From Methanomicrobia archaeon (GTDB lineage: Archaea > Halobacteriota > Syntropharchaeia > Alkanophagales > Methanospirareceae): a stretch of 64,000 bases of DNA. Numbering within the stretch: the stretch's first letter is position 1; every line of letters begins with the position of its first letter. The notes beneath the pieces are model-generated. The model was not told the DNA's origin and ran no database searches. It worked only from the letters and a program-made list of their open reading frames with translations. The stretch lies in contig DSCO01000060.1 of assembly GCA_011049045.1 (NCBI GenBank), positions 1,348 through 65,347 of the forward strand, written 5' to 3'. This document shows, one piece after another, positions 46,352 to 57,583 of this stretch. The position numbers were made by a program, and so were the translations under genes.

Positions 46352-48994
46352 ATGAGAACGAAACGGATAAAAGGGATTAAATTCGGCTTGCTCTCTGCGA
46401 AAGAGATACGCAAGATGAGCGCATCGCGGATCATTACACCGGATACGTACGGCGAGGACGGGTTTCCGATCGAGCGCGGGCTGGTGAATCAGCATATCGG
46501 CGTCATCGATCCCGGACTGCGCTGCAAGACCTGTGGTGGTCGGATGGGCGAGTGCCCCGGTCATTTCGGACATATCGATCTCGAAGCCCCGGTTATCCAT
46601 ATCGGCTACGCGAAGTTGATCTACAAGATCTTAACGGCGACCTGCCGAAGTTGCGGCCACGTGATGCTCGATGATGAAGGCCGCGAACGGTTCATGGAGG
46701 AGATCGAGAGACAGCGAGCAAAGCATGCGGATATTAACGACGTGGTGAAGCAGGTCTTCAAAGAGGCGGCGAAGCACAGCGTTTGCATCTATTGCGACGA
46801 GCCACAGCAGCGCATTAAATACGAAAAGCCCACCACCTACATCGAGGTTGATGAGGCGGAGAAAGAGCGGCGATTGATGCCGACCGATGTGCGGGAGCGC
46901 CTTGAGCGCATACCTGATGAGGACGTGCCGCTCTTCGGGATGGATTCCAGGAACGCGCGCCCCGAGTGGATGGTTCTCACCGTGCTGCCAGTTCCGCCGG
47001 TGACTGCGAGGCCGTCTATTACGCTGGAGAGCGGGCAGCGGAGTGAAGATGACCTCACGCATAAGCTCGTCGACATCCTCCGGATCAATCAGCGGTTCAT
47101 GGAGAATCGCGATGCAGGAGCACCGCAATTGATTATCGAAGACCTGTGGGAGCTGCTTCAGTATCATGTGAACACCTATTTCGATAATGATATCCCGGGC
47201 GTGCCGCCTGCGCGACACCGGAGCGGACGGCCACTGAAGACCATCGCGCAACGATTGAAGGGAAAAGAGGGCAGATTCAGGGGCTCGCTATCCGGTAAGC
47301 GCGTGAATTTCTCTGCTCGTACGGTCATCTCTCCCAATCCCGATATCGAGATCGACGAGGTCGGTGTGCCTGAAGCGATCGCAAGGGAGTTGACCGTTAC
47401 GGTCAATGTGACCGAGCGGAACCTCGAGGTGATGCGCGAGACCGTGCGCCGGGGTAAGCGACATCCGGGTGTGAACTACGTGCGACGCAGTGACGGCCGG
47501 AAGGTGAAGGTGACCGAGAGCAATTTCGAGACGCTGGCCGACGAGCTGGACCTCGGCTGGAAGGTTGAGCGACACCTGAGGAACGGCGACATCGTGCTCT
47601 TCAACCGTCAGCCGTCCCTCCACCGATTGAGCATCATGGCGCACTATGTCAAGGTCATGCCCGGACGGACCTTCCGATTGAATCCCGCCGTCTGCCCGCC
47701 GTATAATGCAGACTATGACGGCGACGAGATGAATCTGCATGTGCTTCAGTCGGAAGAGGCGCGTGCGGAGGCGAAGATTCTTATGGCCGTGCAGCGCAAT
47801 ATCATCTCGCCTCGATTTGGCCGACCGATCATTGGAAACATTCATGATTACATCACCGGGTTGTTCATTCTCACCCGGGGCGAGAAGCGATTTACAAAGG
47901 AAAAAGTACTCAATATCGTATACAAAATCGCGCTTGATGCGTTGGGTGCGCCTGCAGGTCTTGATGAAACGCTGCAAACCCCCTACTGGACCGGGAAACA
48001 GATCTTCAGTCTGATCCTGCCGTCGGGTATGCATTTGGAATTCCGAAGCAAGACATGCCAGAAATGCCCCGAATGCCAGGAGGAGAACTGTCCATACGAT
48101 GCTTATGTCAAGATAGCAGATGGAAAGCTGGTCTGCGGCGTGATCGACGAGAAGGCCGTGGGCTCCTTTAAGGGGGTCATCATCGAGCGGATCTTCCGGC
48201 AGTACGGAGAGGTGGTCACCAAGGTATTTATCCAGGACGCCGCTCGGCTCGCGATCAATTATATCAAGCACACGGGGTTCAGCTTCGGCATCAGTGACGA
48301 GGACATCCCCCGGGAGGGTAAGGAAGAGATCAGAATAGAGGCGATCCGAGAAGCTGAGAAGAAGGTCGAAGCTCTGATACGGGCGTACAACGGTGGAGAA
48401 CTGGAGGCGTTACCGGGCAGAACGCTCGAGGAGACGCTGGAACTCCTCATCATGCAGGAGCTTGGCCGTGCTCGTGATGACTCAGGTATGATTGCGGAGC
48501 GCTATCTCGGCATCGAGAACCCAGGTGTGCTCATGGCCAAGTCTGGTGCACGCGGGTCCATGCTCAATCTCACGCAAATGGCGGCCTGCGTCGGTCAGCA
48601 ATCGGTGCGAGGCGAGCGGATAAAGCGCGGCTACCAGGGGCGAACGTTGCCCTATTATAAACCGGGCGATCGCAGTGCCGATGCGCACGGCTTCGTGCGC
48701 GCATCTTTTAAAGAGGGGCTTTCTCCCACGGAATATTTCTTCCATGCCGTTGGCGGCCGTGAAGCGCTTGTTGACACTGCGGTCCGTACCTCTCAGAGCG
48801 GGTACTTCCAGCGACGACTCATTAATGCCCTGCAGGATCTCGAGGTGAAGAATGACGGGACCGTTCGGGAGACGAAGGGCACCGTCGTGCAGTTTAAATA
48901 CGGTGATGACGGCATCGACCCCTCAAATGGCGAGTTGGCAAAGGTGGTTGATATCGATAAAGTGATTAAGGATGTTATCGAGACGGAGGCGTAG
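46352..48994 (+). CDS. rpoA1: DNA-directed RNA polymerase subunit A'
   Basis: 880 aa. Zn motifs [32 protein letters not shown] and the catalytic [10 protein letters not shown]. Confidence 0.95.
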   Translation: MRTKRIKGIKFGLLSAKEIRKMSASRIITPDTYGEDGFPIERGLVNQHIGVIDPGLRCKTCGGRMGECPGHFGHIDLEAPVIHIGYAKLIYKILTATCRSCGHVMLDDEGRERFMEEIERQRAKHADINDVVKQVFKEAAKHSVCIYCDEPQQRIKYEKPTTYIEVDEAEKERRLMPTDVRERLERIPDEDVPLFGMDSRNARPEWMVLTVLPVPPVTARPSITLESGQRSEDDLTHKLVDILRINQRFMENRDAGAPQLIIEDLWELLQYHVNTYFDNDIPGVPPARHRSGRPLKTIAQRLKGKEGRFRGSLSGKRVNFSARTVISPNPDIEIDEVGVPEAIARELTVTVNVTERNLEVMRETVRRGKRHPGVNYVRRSDGRKVKVTESNFETLADELDLGWKVERHLRNGDIVLFNRQPSLHRLSIMAHYVKVMPGRTFRLNPAVCPPYNADYDGDEMNLHVLQSEEARAEAKILMAVQRNIISPRFGRPIIGNIHDYITGLFILTRGEKRFTKEKVLNIVYKIALDALGAPAGLDETLQTPYWTGKQIFSLILPSGMHLEFRSKTCQKCPECQEENCPYDAYVKIADGKLVCGVIDEKAVGSFKGVIIERIFRQYGEVVTKVFIQDAARLAINYIKHTGFSFGISDEDIPREGKEEIRIEAIREAEKKVEALIRAYNGGELEALPGRTLEETLELLIMQELGRARDDSGMIAERYLGIENPGVLMAKSGARGSMLNLTQMAACVGQQSVRGERIKRGYQGRTLPYYKPGDRSADAHGFVRASFKEGLSPTEYFFHAVGGREALVDTAVRTSQSGYFQRRLINALQDLEVKNDGTVRETKGTVVQFKYGDDGIDPSNGELAKVVDIDKVIKDVIETEA

Positions 48995-49023
48995 GATGTA
49001 CCGGGTGGCGAAGCGTAAGGGGA

Positions 49024-50379
49024 GTGAACTGCATGCCGGGAGATAGCGGAGAAAGAGCTGAAGCGTTGGAGAAGGCCGGTGTCGATGCGGAGTTGGCGAG
49101 GCAGTTGAACGAGGATTTCTCGACCACTGAGCTCTCCCTGTCGTTTGAAGAGCTCCTGGAGGAAGAGATCGACACGACCGTTGCAGAAGATATCGTTATG
49201 ATGCTGGGACGGAATCTGGAAGGCGAGATAAAGCTCAGCGATATTGAACTCAAAGTGAACCGAAGCGGGCTTCCGGAGAATATTAAGCTCGAGCTGAAAG
49301 GGAAATTGAAGGCGGTGCGAACGAAGCTGACCGCTGAGAAACTGGATGCTATCATACGCGAGATTGTTGCGGGCTACGAGCGGTCGAAAGTAGAGCCGCG
49401 GGAGGCGGTCGGCATCGTTGCTGCACAATCCATCGGCGAACCAGGCACGCAGATGACCATGCGTACGTTTCACTACGCTGGTGTCGGCGCCATTTATATT
49501 ACGTTAGGGCTACCTCGGATCATCGAGATCGTGGATGCGCGAAAGAAGCTTTCTACACCCACCATGACAATCCGACTGCTCGATGAGTATGCAACGACCA
49601 AGAGCCGGGCGGAAGAGGTGGCGGGGATGATACAGGAGACATACATCAGCGATCTCGGTAAAATCCGCTCATCTATGGAAACGATGACCGTATGGGTTGA
49701 ACTCAATCCCCGGGAACTGGAGAAGCGATACGTCTCGAGAGCGGACGTGATCGAGAAGATCAAGGAGATCAGCCAGGAGATGCTCGTGGACGAGATGGAT
49801 GACGGACAACTGCGCATCTATACGGGCTGTGACACGTTCCATGAACTCTCGAAGCTGGAGAAGACTGTTGCGAGCAAACTGGTGCGGGGGATCGTCGGGA
49901 TACAGCGGGTGCTGGTACGACGGGCACCCAGCGGCGAGTACGTGCTCTACACCGTGGGGTCGGAGCTGAAACGTTTGCGGAACCAGAAGGTAGAAGGGGT
50001 GGATTTCACCCGGACCACGACGAATAACATCGCAGAGATCGAGGAGGTGCTCGGTATAGAAGCAGCCCGGAACGCGATCATAGAGGAGATGTTGAACACT
50101 CTGAATGAGCAAGGTCTGGATGTGGATCCGCGCCACATCATGCTGATCGCCGATGCGATGACCATGGACGGCACGGTGAAACAGATCGGCCGGCACGGCA
50201 TCGCGGGCGAGAAGGCCTCAGTGCTCTCGCGTGCTGCTTTTGAGGTCACGGTCGACAACCTCCTGGAGGCCGCTATTCACGGTGAGACGGACGAGCTGAA
50301 AGGAGTCACGGAGAACGTGATTGTCGGACAGCCGATCAAATTGGGGACCGGTGCGGTCGAACTGGTGGCGGGAAGGTAA
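49024..50379 (+). CDS. rpoA2: DNA-directed RNA polymerase subunit A''
   Basis: [22 protein letters not shown] and [16 protein letters not shown] motifs. ATG 49198 would give a conventional length of about 392 aa. The 58-aa acidic N-terminal extension is uncertain. Confidence 0.9.
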   Translation: MNCMPGDSGERAEALEKAGVDAELARQLNEDFSTTELSLSFEELLEEEIDTTVAEDIVMMLGRNLEGEIKLSDIELKVNRSGLPENIKLELKGKLKAVRTKLTAEKLDAIIREIVAGYERSKVEPREAVGIVAAQSIGEPGTQMTMRTFHYAGVGAIYITLGLPRIIEIVDARKKLSTPTMTIRLLDEYATTKSRAEEVAGMIQETYISDLGKIRSSMETMTVWVELNPRELEKRYVSRADVIEKIKEISQEMLVDEMDDGQLRIYTGCDTFHELSKLEKTVASKLVRGIVGIQRVLVRRAPSGEYVLYTVGSELKRLRNQKVEGVDFTRTTTNNIAEIEEVLGIEAARNAIIEEMLNTLNEQGLDVDPRHIMLIADAMTMDGTVKQIGRHGIAGEKASVLSRAAFEVTVDNLLEAAIHGETDELKGVTENVIVGQPIKLGTGAVELVAGR

Positions 50380-50458
50380 GGAAAAGCTGACGCTCCCAGG
50401 TCTACGTAAGTAAGAATGAAACACAGAAGAAGGGGAGAGAAGAGGGGCGAGAGAGACG

Positions 50459-50851
50459 ATGGCAAAGGCAAAGCGAAAGGCTGAGCGAAGCTCGATCGAG
50501 CTTTCAGATGTGCATAGGGAATTGCAGAAGGTATTACATCAGGGTACGGTACTGCTGGGCTCAAAGGAGACGGTACAAGCGGTCCTGAATGATGAGGCGC
50601 GGGTCGTTATCCACGCGTCCAATTGCCCTGAGCAGGTAAAGCAGGTCTTTACAGACGCGGTGATAAATGGTGACGAGGAGCTCATCGTGTATGAGTATCC
50701 TGCGAACAGTCTCGAGCTTGGACTCGCCTGCGGGAAGCCGTATTCAGTCGCTTCACTCTGTATCACCGATCCCGGCGATTCCGCTATTGTGCGTGTTCTC
50801 ACACCGGAAGAACAACCAAAAGAGAAAACCTTGAATATCGACACACGATAA
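50459..50851 (+). CDS. rpl30e: Ribosomal protein eL30
   Basis: LQKVLHQGTVLLGSKETVQAV...VIHASNCP pattern. Canonical position between rpoA2 and nusA. Confidence 0.85.
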   Translation: MAKAKRKAERSSIELSDVHRELQKVLHQGTVLLGSKETVQAVLNDEARVVIHASNCPEQVKQVFTDAVINGDEELIVYEYPANSLELGLACGKPYSVASLCITDPGDSAIVRVLTPEEQPKEKTLNIDTR

Positions 50852-50876
50852 GAGAGAAAAAACAACAACCAGGTGA

Positions 50877-51311
50877 GTGAAACTGACCGTAAAGCTGGAT
50901 ACTGAGGGGATAAGGTGTATCGGAATCTTCGAGCAATCGACCGGTGCAGGCGTGATGGACTGTCTCGTGGACACGGAGGCGAATAAGGTGATCATGGTGG
51001 TGAAGAAGGGCGACATGGGCCTGGCAATCGGGAAGAACGGTGTGAACATCAATAAGGTGAAGAAACTACTCAATAAGGAGATCGAGGTCGTGGAACATTC
51101 ACCGGACGCGAGGGAGTTCATCGAGAATTTGCTGCGGCCCGCGTACGTGAAGAGCGTCGAGCTGCTGAATAGGAACGATAAGCTCTGTGCTTACGTCGAG
51201 GTGCTCACGAAGCACAAGGGCATCGCCATCGGCCGTGATGGCGAGCGGATCAAGAAGGTGAAGATGCTGGTGAAACGGAACCAGGGCATCGATAACGTGA
51301 TCATCAAATAG
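50877..51311 (+). CDS. nusA: Archaeal NusA-like transcription termination/antitermination factor (KH domains)
   Basis: 144 aa, GTG start. Two KH-like segments (GLAIGKNGVNINKVKKLL; GIAIGRDGERIKKVKML). Confidence 0.85.
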   Translation: MKLTVKLDTEGIRCIGIFEQSTGAGVMDCLVDTEANKVIMVVKKGDMGLAIGKNGVNINKVKKLLNKEIEVVEHSPDAREFIENLLRPAYVKSVELLNRNDKLCAYVEVLTKHKGIAIGRDGERIKKVKMLVKRNQGIDNVIIK

Positions 51312-51388
51312 TCCGTGCAGACTTACCGTTCTAAAACGTTTTATCTAGAAAACGTAAAGGATAGTACAGTTCTTAAGGAGTGAAAGCG

Positions 51389-51817
51389 ATGGGAAGAGGC
51401 ATGTACGCAGCGAGGAAGATGCAAAAGCGGAGGAAAGTGATGCGGCGGAAGAGCCCGGACTACGCGCGGAAGGTCTTGAAGACCGCGAAGAAGAGTGATC
51501 CATTGGAAGGCGCACACATGTCACGGGCGATCGTCCTGGAGAAGGTGGGGATAGAAGCGAAGCAGCCGAATTCAGCGATTCGGAAGTGCGTGCGCGTGCA
51601 GCTCATTAAGAACGGGAAGCAGGTAACTGCTTTTGCGCCGGGCGACGGCGCGATCAAGTTCATTGACGAGCACGACGAGGTGCTGATCGAGGGCATTGGC
51701 GGCCGTAAGGGGCGGTCGTACGGCGATCTCTCAGGCGTGCGCTTCAAGGTCGTGGCGGTTAACGACATCTCGCTCCTGGAACTGGTGCATGGGCGTAAGG
51801 AGAAGATGCTGAGGTGA
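51389..51817 (+). CDS. rps12: Ribosomal protein uS12
   Basis: [30 protein letters not shown] signature. TAAGGAG lies 8 nt upstream of ATG 51389. Confidence 0.9.
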   Translation: MGRGMYAARKMQKRRKVMRRKSPDYARKVLKTAKKSDPLEGAHMSRAIVLEKVGIEAKQPNSAIRKCVRVQLIKNGKQVTAFAPGDGAIKFIDEHDEVLIEGIGGRKGRSYGDLSGVRFKVVAVNDISLLELVHGRKEKMLR

Positions 51818-51822
51818 TCGAG

Positions 51823-52398
51823 ATGGGAGCCGATATATTGTTTGGCAAGATCTTTAATAAGTGGGACCCGGCGGATGTGACGATCACGGACATCGCTATC
51901 GAGCGGCACATCAGCCTCTCTCCCGTGTCGGCACTGCATTCCGGCGGTGCGCATGCAAGCCAGCAATTCGAGGAATCGAAGGTTTGTGTCGTGGAACGCC
52001 TGATCAACAAGATCATGCGGTCCGAGCGCAACACCGGGAAGAAGCTGATGGCCTACCGGATCGTGAATACCGCGTTTGATCTTGTTCATGAGGCCACAGG
52101 TCAGAATCCGCTCCAGGTGCTTGTGGATGCGATTCAGAATGCCGGCCCGCGCGAGGAGACGATTCGACTGCGGTTCGGTGGTATTCTCGTGCCCAAAGCC
52201 GTGGATATGTCCTCGCAACGGCGGGTAGATCAAGCGCTCATGTTCATTACCCAGGGCGCCGAGAAATGCGCCTTCAAGAACAAGAAGCGGATCGAGCGAT
52301 GCCTCGCGGACGAACTTATCGCAGCATCACGGAACGCGAAGTGCTTCTCGGTGAGTAAGAGGGAGGAGAAGGAGCGAATCGCACGAGCCGCACGGTAG
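51823..52398 (+). CDS. rps7: Ribosomal protein uS7
   Basis: LFGKIFNKWD start, ERLINKIM and VDMSSQRRVDQAL segments. GTG 51814, which overlaps the rps12 stop, is an alternative start. Confidence 0.9.
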   Translation: MGADILFGKIFNKWDPADVTITDIAIERHISLSPVSALHSGGAHASQQFEESKVCVVERLINKIMRSERNTGKKLMAYRIVNTAFDLVHEATGQNPLQVLVDAIQNAGPREETIRLRFGGILVPKAVDMSSQRRVDQALMFITQGAEKCAFKNKKRIERCLADELIAASRNAKCFSVSKREEKERIARAAR

Positions 52399-52512
52399 CA
52401 CGATAGCGCTCATTTTTGCTTGCGACTATGTTCTGTGCGGATTTTCACGATTATCCCTGCCCCGGGCGGCACGCGGCATCGGGGGCTGTGTGTGCTCTCC
52501 GGAACCGCGGTG

Positions 52513-52520
52513 TTTATATA
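52513..52520 (+). promoter_or_regulatory. TATA box candidate for the TRAM gene (long leader)
   Basis: TTTATATA lies about 140 nt upstream of ATG 52657, implying a 5' UTR of roughly 110 nt. Confidence 0.35.
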
Positions 52521-52656
52521 CCGACGAATTACAGGTGTAATCACGTGGTGTAAGGTGCTGCAGCGGTTTGGCGTGAGTGTGAGCGGTAACGACGTGCGAA
52601 TGTACACTACGGACGACCAGAAATTGAAAGAAGGAGAAATGGAGGTTTTGTAGCGT

Positions 52657-52875
52657 ATGGACTATAGTGGCGAGAGGCGGGGATTTACCGCCCCTATAAC
52701 CGTTGGCGAGACCTACGACGTTACGATCGAGGACGTCGGACGTGAAGGAGACGGCATCGCTCGTATAGAGGGATTTGTGGTCTTCGTGCCCAACACGCAG
52801 AAAGGGGATACGGTAAAAATCCGTGTGACCAAGGTATCGAGACGGGTTGCTTTTGGCGAAGTAGTTACTGAATGA
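52657..52875 (+). CDS. Stand-alone TRAM-domain protein (RNA-binding/chaperone type)
   Basis: 72 aa. [45 protein letters not shown] is the classic single TRAM domain. Confidence 0.85.
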   Translation: MDYSGERRGFTAPITVGETYDVTIEDVGREGDGIARIEGFVVFVPNTQKGDTVKIRVTKVSRRVAFGEVVTE

Positions 52876-52917
52876 GTGGCTGCCTGCACGAATATTATCG
52901 TAGAGCGTCCAAAGGAA

Positions 52918-52955
52918 AAGCTATAGTCGCTCTATAGCTTTCTTTTATTTTTATC
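52918..52955 (+). terminator. Hairpin plus oligo-T terminator after the TRAM gene
   Basis: 9-bp stem AAGCTATAG / CTATAGCTT (52918-52926 / 52932-52940), followed by TCTTTTATTTTTATC. Confidence 0.6.
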
Positions 52956-53285
52956 AGACAGACCGTGAGCAGCAGCTCGATGTGGAGCAGGAACGCTTTT
53001 TGCGTCTGCGTTGCGTCACCAGGTATTTTCGGGGGGTACTAAGCTAAGCTCGGCTAAGCACAGGAACGGAGTGACGCTTAGCGGACTGCAGCGGGTGTAA
53101 TTGGTGTCCCATTTTTGTCGTACGAGCAGCGGCCATTGCCGTGCTGAACTGAGGACCAACCCCCGGGCGTTCTCCGCAGGTGCCAGCTTCACGACGAAAT
53201 AGGCGTTGGGATTTAGATAGATCGATAGCAGGACAACATATACTTTGCCCCCTACGCACTATCACTAAGCTGACATGAGGCGCTT

Positions 53286-54785
53286 ATGAGATTCGCGGTA
53301 AAAGAGCAGCTCACTGAGGAAGAGATCCAATCCGGACTGCGCACCGTCATCAAGGACGGCCTGGCGGCGCAAACGATGATCACGTTGACCGGCGGAGCAT
53401 TTTTAGTTGCATTCGCACTGCTCCTCGGTGCTTCTAACTTCATTATCGGGCTCGTCGCTGCAATCCCACCGCTTGCGCAATTGATGCAAATCCCCGCGGT
53501 CTATCTTGTCGAGAAGTATCGGGCACGACGTGCAATTTGCTTCTACGCGATCATCGCAAGTCGCGGTTTCTGGATACTCATCGCCGTTATACCGTTCCTC
53601 TTCGGCCTTACCGGGGTCCTCCCCGTTCTTATCGTCGCGCTCGTGCTCTACGCGGCGTTTGGCGCGGTGAGCAGCAGCAGCTGGAACTCCTGGATGCGCG
53701 ACCTCGTGCCACAGGACCAATTGGGTGTGTTCTTCTCGAAACGCATGAGTTTAACACTCGGGGTGGGTATACCGCTCAGCCTCGCTGCAGGCTTCTTCAT
53801 CGATTACTGGACACGGCTCTACCCCACGCAGGCGATCTACAGTTACTCAATTCTCTTCCTGCTCGGCTTCGTCGCGGGCATGCTCGATGCCTATTACGTC
53901 TCGACCATTCCGGAGCCACAAATGACACGTCCACCCCGCCAGCCTCGGTTCTTAGTCGTGCTCTCAAAGCCCTTCAGGGATGCGAATTTCAAGAATCTCA
54001 TGCTGTTTCTGTGCTCCTGGAACTTCGCCGTTAACCTTGCCGCACCCTTCTTCACGGTTTACCTGCTGAAACGACTGGAGTTTGAGATCTCGTTCATTAT
54101 CGCCCTGCTCGTTCTGAGCCAGCTGATGAACATCGCCTTCTTACGACTCTGGGGCCGATTCTCAGATCGCTACAGTAACAAATCAGTGCTCGGCGTCAGT
54201 GGTCCGCTCTTCATACTCTGCATCCTCGCCTGGACCTTCACGACCCTGCCCGAGCAGTATGTCCTCACCATACCGCTCCTTGTGCTCATCCATATCTTCA
54301 TGGGCATCTCCACCGCGGGCGTGACACTGTCCACGGGTAATATCGGGCTTAAACTGGCGCCGAAGGGTGAGGCAACCGCGTATCTGGCAGCCAATAGCTT
54401 TGTCAATTCCCTGGCGGCCGGTATTGCACCGATCGTTGGCGGGCTCTTCGCAGACTTCTTTGTCAATCGCGAGCTCTCATGGACGCTTAGATGGTTCAGT
54501 CCCGGCGGCGAACTGGTGATTCAAACGTTGAACTTCCGTGAATGGGATTTCTTCTTCTTCCTTGCATTTCTCATTGGCACGTACTCCATCCACCGTTTGG
54601 CACTGGTTAAAGAGGTGGGCGAGGTGGAGGAGAAGATCGTTATTCGAGAATTGATTGCTGAGGTCAAGAGACCACTGCGGAATTTCTCCACCGCGGGCGG
54701 ACTGCGCCACATGCTCCAGTTCCCCTTCTCACTCATGCGAACAACGGTAGCGAAGACGAAACCGAAGAACCCGCGGAGGCCGTAA
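53286..54785 (+). CDS. MFS-type transporter (paralogue 1)
   Basis: 499 aa with 12-14 hydrophobic helices. About 70-75% identical to the next ORF. Confidence 0.8.
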   Translation: MRFAVKEQLTEEEIQSGLRTVIKDGLAAQTMITLTGGAFLVAFALLLGASNFIIGLVAAIPPLAQLMQIPAVYLVEKYRARRAICFYAIIASRGFWILIAVIPFLFGLTGVLPVLIVALVLYAAFGAVSSSSWNSWMRDLVPQDQLGVFFSKRMSLTLGVGIPLSLAAGFFIDYWTRLYPTQAIYSYSILFLLGFVAGMLDAYYVSTIPEPQMTRPPRQPRFLVVLSKPFRDANFKNLMLFLCSWNFAVNLAAPFFTVYLLKRLEFEISFIIALLVLSQLMNIAFLRLWGRFSDRYSNKSVLGVSGPLFILCILAWTFTTLPEQYVLTIPLLVLIHIFMGISTAGVTLSTGNIGLKLAPKGEATAYLAANSFVNSLAAGIAPIVGGLFADFFVNRELSWTLRWFSPGGELVIQTLNFREWDFFFFLAFLIGTYSIHRLALVKEVGEVEEKIVIRELIAEVKRPLRNFSTAGGLRHMLQFPFSLMRTTVAKTKPKNPRRP

Positions 54786-54883
54786 AATGGAGCAGGGTGG
54801 TAAAATGGAGTGGGTAGTATAGTGCGGCGAATCCGAGTTTATATACTCCACTCGACTTACTCTATCAGCTAAGACGAGCGACC

Positions 54884-56413
54884 ATGCTATTTGCAGTTAA
54901 AGACCGATTAACGGATGGAGAGATCGAATCAGGGCTCAGAAGCGTTATCAAAGATGGGCTCACCACGCAGGCGATGGTGACGCTGACCGGCGGCGCCTTC
55001 CTGGTCGCGTTTGCGCTGAAGCTCGGCGCTTCCAACCTGGTGATCGGACTCCTGGCAGCTATCCCGCCGCTCGCGCAGTTGATGCAGATACCCGCGGTCT
55101 TTCTGGTGGAACGTTATCGCGTGAGACGGGCGATTTGTGCCGCGGCCACCGCGGTGAGCAGGTCGTTCTGGTTGCTCATTGCGCTTATTCCGTTCCTCTT
55201 CACTACGCAGATCGGATTGCTCGTGCTCCTCCTTGGACTCCTGCTCTACGCCTCGTTCGGCGCGATAGGGAGCAGCAGCTGGAACTCCTGGATGCACGAT
55301 CTCGTGCCACAGGACCGTCTGGGGTCCTTCTTCTCGAAACGCATGAGCCTGGCTACCGGCATAGGCATCCCGCTCAGTCTTGCCGCGGGCCTCTTCATCG
55401 ACTACGGCCGGACCGTTTTCGGCCAGAACGAGTTATACAGCTATTCAACGCTCTTCTTCCTTGGATTCCTCGCCGGCATGCTCGGCGTGTACTTCATCTC
55501 CACCGTACCGGAGCCGCGCATGCTGAGTCCGGTAGAAGCGGAGCCCTCGTTCCTGAAGACGCTCTTGAGCCCTCTGCGCGATTGTAACTTCAAAAAACTG
55601 ATATGGTTCCTGTGCTCCTGGAACTTTGCCGTTAACCTCGCGGCACCCTTTTTTACCGTTTATATGCTTAATCGCCTGGGATTGCAGATCTCGGTAGTCA
55701 TCGCGCTCTTGATTGTGAGTCAGCTTATGAATCTCGCGTTCTTACGACTCTGGGGCAACTTTGCCGATCGCTTCAGCAACAAATCGGTACTCGGCGTCAG
55801 TGGTCCGCTCTTTATGCTCTGCATCCTCGCCTGGACCTTCACGACCCTGCCCGAGCCGTATGTCCTGACCATGCCGCTCCTCGTGCTCATCCATATCTTC
55901 ATGGGCATTTCCACCGCCGGGGTAACGCTCGCCTCCGGGAATATCGGGCTGAAACTGGCACCAAAAGGGCAGGCGACCGCGTATCTCGCGGCCAGTACAC
56001 TCGGTAACTCACTGGCTGCCGGGATTGCCCCGATCATCGGTGGCTCCTTTGCGGACTTCTTCGTGGGCCGCGAGCTCGCCTGGACCCTGACGTATACCGC
56101 GCCAACGGGCAAACTGGTGATTCCCACCCTGGACTTTCAGCAGTGGGATTTCTTCTTCTTCTTCGCCTTCTTGCTCGGCTTATACTCAATACATCGCCTC
56201 GCGCTCGTCAAAGAGTCGGGGTATGTGAAGGAGGACATAGTGGTGCGCGAGCTGATAACGGCGGTCAAGCGGCCGTTACGGAATTTCTCCACTGCCGGTG
56301 GGCTCCGCTTTATGATTCAGTTCCCGCTCTCTCTTGCCCGAACGACCGTTGGTAAAGCGGTAGAGCGGAAGAATCATCGAAATCGAAATGGCAACGCGCG
56401 CACCCGGCCGTGA
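54884..56413 (+). CDS. MFS-type transporter (paralogue 2)
   Basis: 509 aa. Tandem duplicate of 53286-54785. A T9 tract (56461-56469) follows the stop. Confidence 0.8.
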   Translation: MLFAVKDRLTDGEIESGLRSVIKDGLTTQAMVTLTGGAFLVAFALKLGASNLVIGLLAAIPPLAQLMQIPAVFLVERYRVRRAICAAATAVSRSFWLLIALIPFLFTTQIGLLVLLLGLLLYASFGAIGSSSWNSWMHDLVPQDRLGSFFSKRMSLATGIGIPLSLAAGLFIDYGRTVFGQNELYSYSTLFFLGFLAGMLGVYFISTVPEPRMLSPVEAEPSFLKTLLSPLRDCNFKKLIWFLCSWNFAVNLAAPFFTVYMLNRLGLQISVVIALLIVSQLMNLAFLRLWGNFADRFSNKSVLGVSGPLFMLCILAWTFTTLPEPYVLTMPLLVLIHIFMGISTAGVTLASGNIGLKLAPKGQATAYLAASTLGNSLAAGIAPIIGGSFADFFVGRELAWTLTYTAPTGKLVIPTLDFQQWDFFFFFAFLLGLYSIHRLALVKESGYVKEDIVVRELITAVKRPLRNFSTAGGLRFMIQFPLSLARTTVGKAVERKNHRNRNGNARTRP

Positions 56414-56494
56414 CAGAGCGGACAGCGTGAGGTGATGGGCCGCGCTCTTGAGCACAATATTTTTTTTTCTACCGAACGGAATACATAGAATAGT

Positions 56495-57136
56495 ATGGAA
56501 ACACTGGCCTTCTTTATCTATGCCTTCACCTCCTTCTTCATCATCGTCAATCCCATCGGTGGGCTCATCACCTTTATCTCGTTAACCGCACGAGTGAGTG
56601 CGGCCGAACGCCTGGTGATCGCCAAACGCGCGGTGACCGTCGCCTGTGTTCTGGCCATCTTCTTCGCATTCGCCGGCGAGTTGATCTTGCGGATCTTCGG
56701 TGTGACCGTGGATTCCTTACGGGTGGCAGGTGGCGTCTTACTCTTCATCGTCGCGATCGACATGGTCCTGGCGAGAATCTCGCGAGAGAGTATGACCGAG
56801 GAGGAGATTCGGGATGCCGCGCGGCGCGATGACATCGCGATCTTTCCGATCGCCACGCCCCTGCTCACCGGCCCGGGCGCCATAACGACCGTCATTGTCA
56901 TCATTCGAACCGGTCATACGCTGGACTTGAAGTTCATCGCGATCGGTGCCATCATTCTCACCTTTGTGTTCTCCTACCTTATCTTCCGATACGCCGGTCA
57001 GATCTATAAGCTTCTGGGCGTGACGGGCTCGTTGGTGATCACGCGGGTAATGGGCCTGTTGCTGGGCGCGATCGCGGTCAACTTTATAGCAACGGGAATC
57101 TGGAACCTCTACCGGTCGCTGCTGGCGGCCGCATAG
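56495..57136 (+). CDS. MarC-family (UPF0056) integral membrane protein
   Basis: 213 aa with six helices. FFIIVNPIGG near the N-terminus and IFPIATPLLTGPGAITT are characteristic. Confidence 0.8.
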   Translation: METLAFFIYAFTSFFIIVNPIGGLITFISLTARVSAAERLVIAKRAVTVACVLAIFFAFAGELILRIFGVTVDSLRVAGGVLLFIVAIDMVLARISRESMTEEEIRDAARRDDIAIFPIATPLLTGPGAITTVIVIIRTGHTLDLKFIAIGAIILTFVFSYLIFRYAGQIYKLLGVTGSLVITRVMGLLLGAIAVNFIATGIWNLYRSLLAAA

Positions 57137-57583
57137 CCCGGGTAGCGCGGCGTTTTGTTGGTGGACAGCTCACGGTCAGGCCACCGGGAACTTCAGCACA
57201 CCGTCCCCACTCGTGATCCGAGCACGCCGCTCCTCGAGATCCCGCAGTGTAGTGTGATGATGACCACACGAAAGAGAGAGGTGTACGCACGAGGGCCGAT
57301 GTCAAAACCCTCGATCTTGGGCTTGTGTGGCGTTAACGGTGCTCGATGCAGTACTACGTTACCGGTCGCTCATCCGATCTCCACCAGGGACTTTGCGCAG
57401 TCCCTTGCACAACCCCGAACCACCCGTCGCAACGGCACTCGAATAACGTTCTTTTTTAGCTATAAACCCGTTTTAACCGCTTTTCCCGGATGGTCCTGAA
57501 GGAGTAGAGCAGTACTGGGGCGGGCAGTGTCGAAAATGATATATATAGCGATAACAGAAAGAAAGCTATCGTATTCACCGGAT

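Noticed and set aside
57137-57583. ORFs 57155-57499 (plus strand) and 57084-57305 (minus strand) in the gap after the MarC gene. A minus-strand frame reads ...VVLHRAPLTPHKPKIEGFDIGPRAYTSLF...
   Set aside because: No start codon for the best-looking frame, no recognisable motif, and the frames are interrupted. Possibly a decayed gene, but not supportable.
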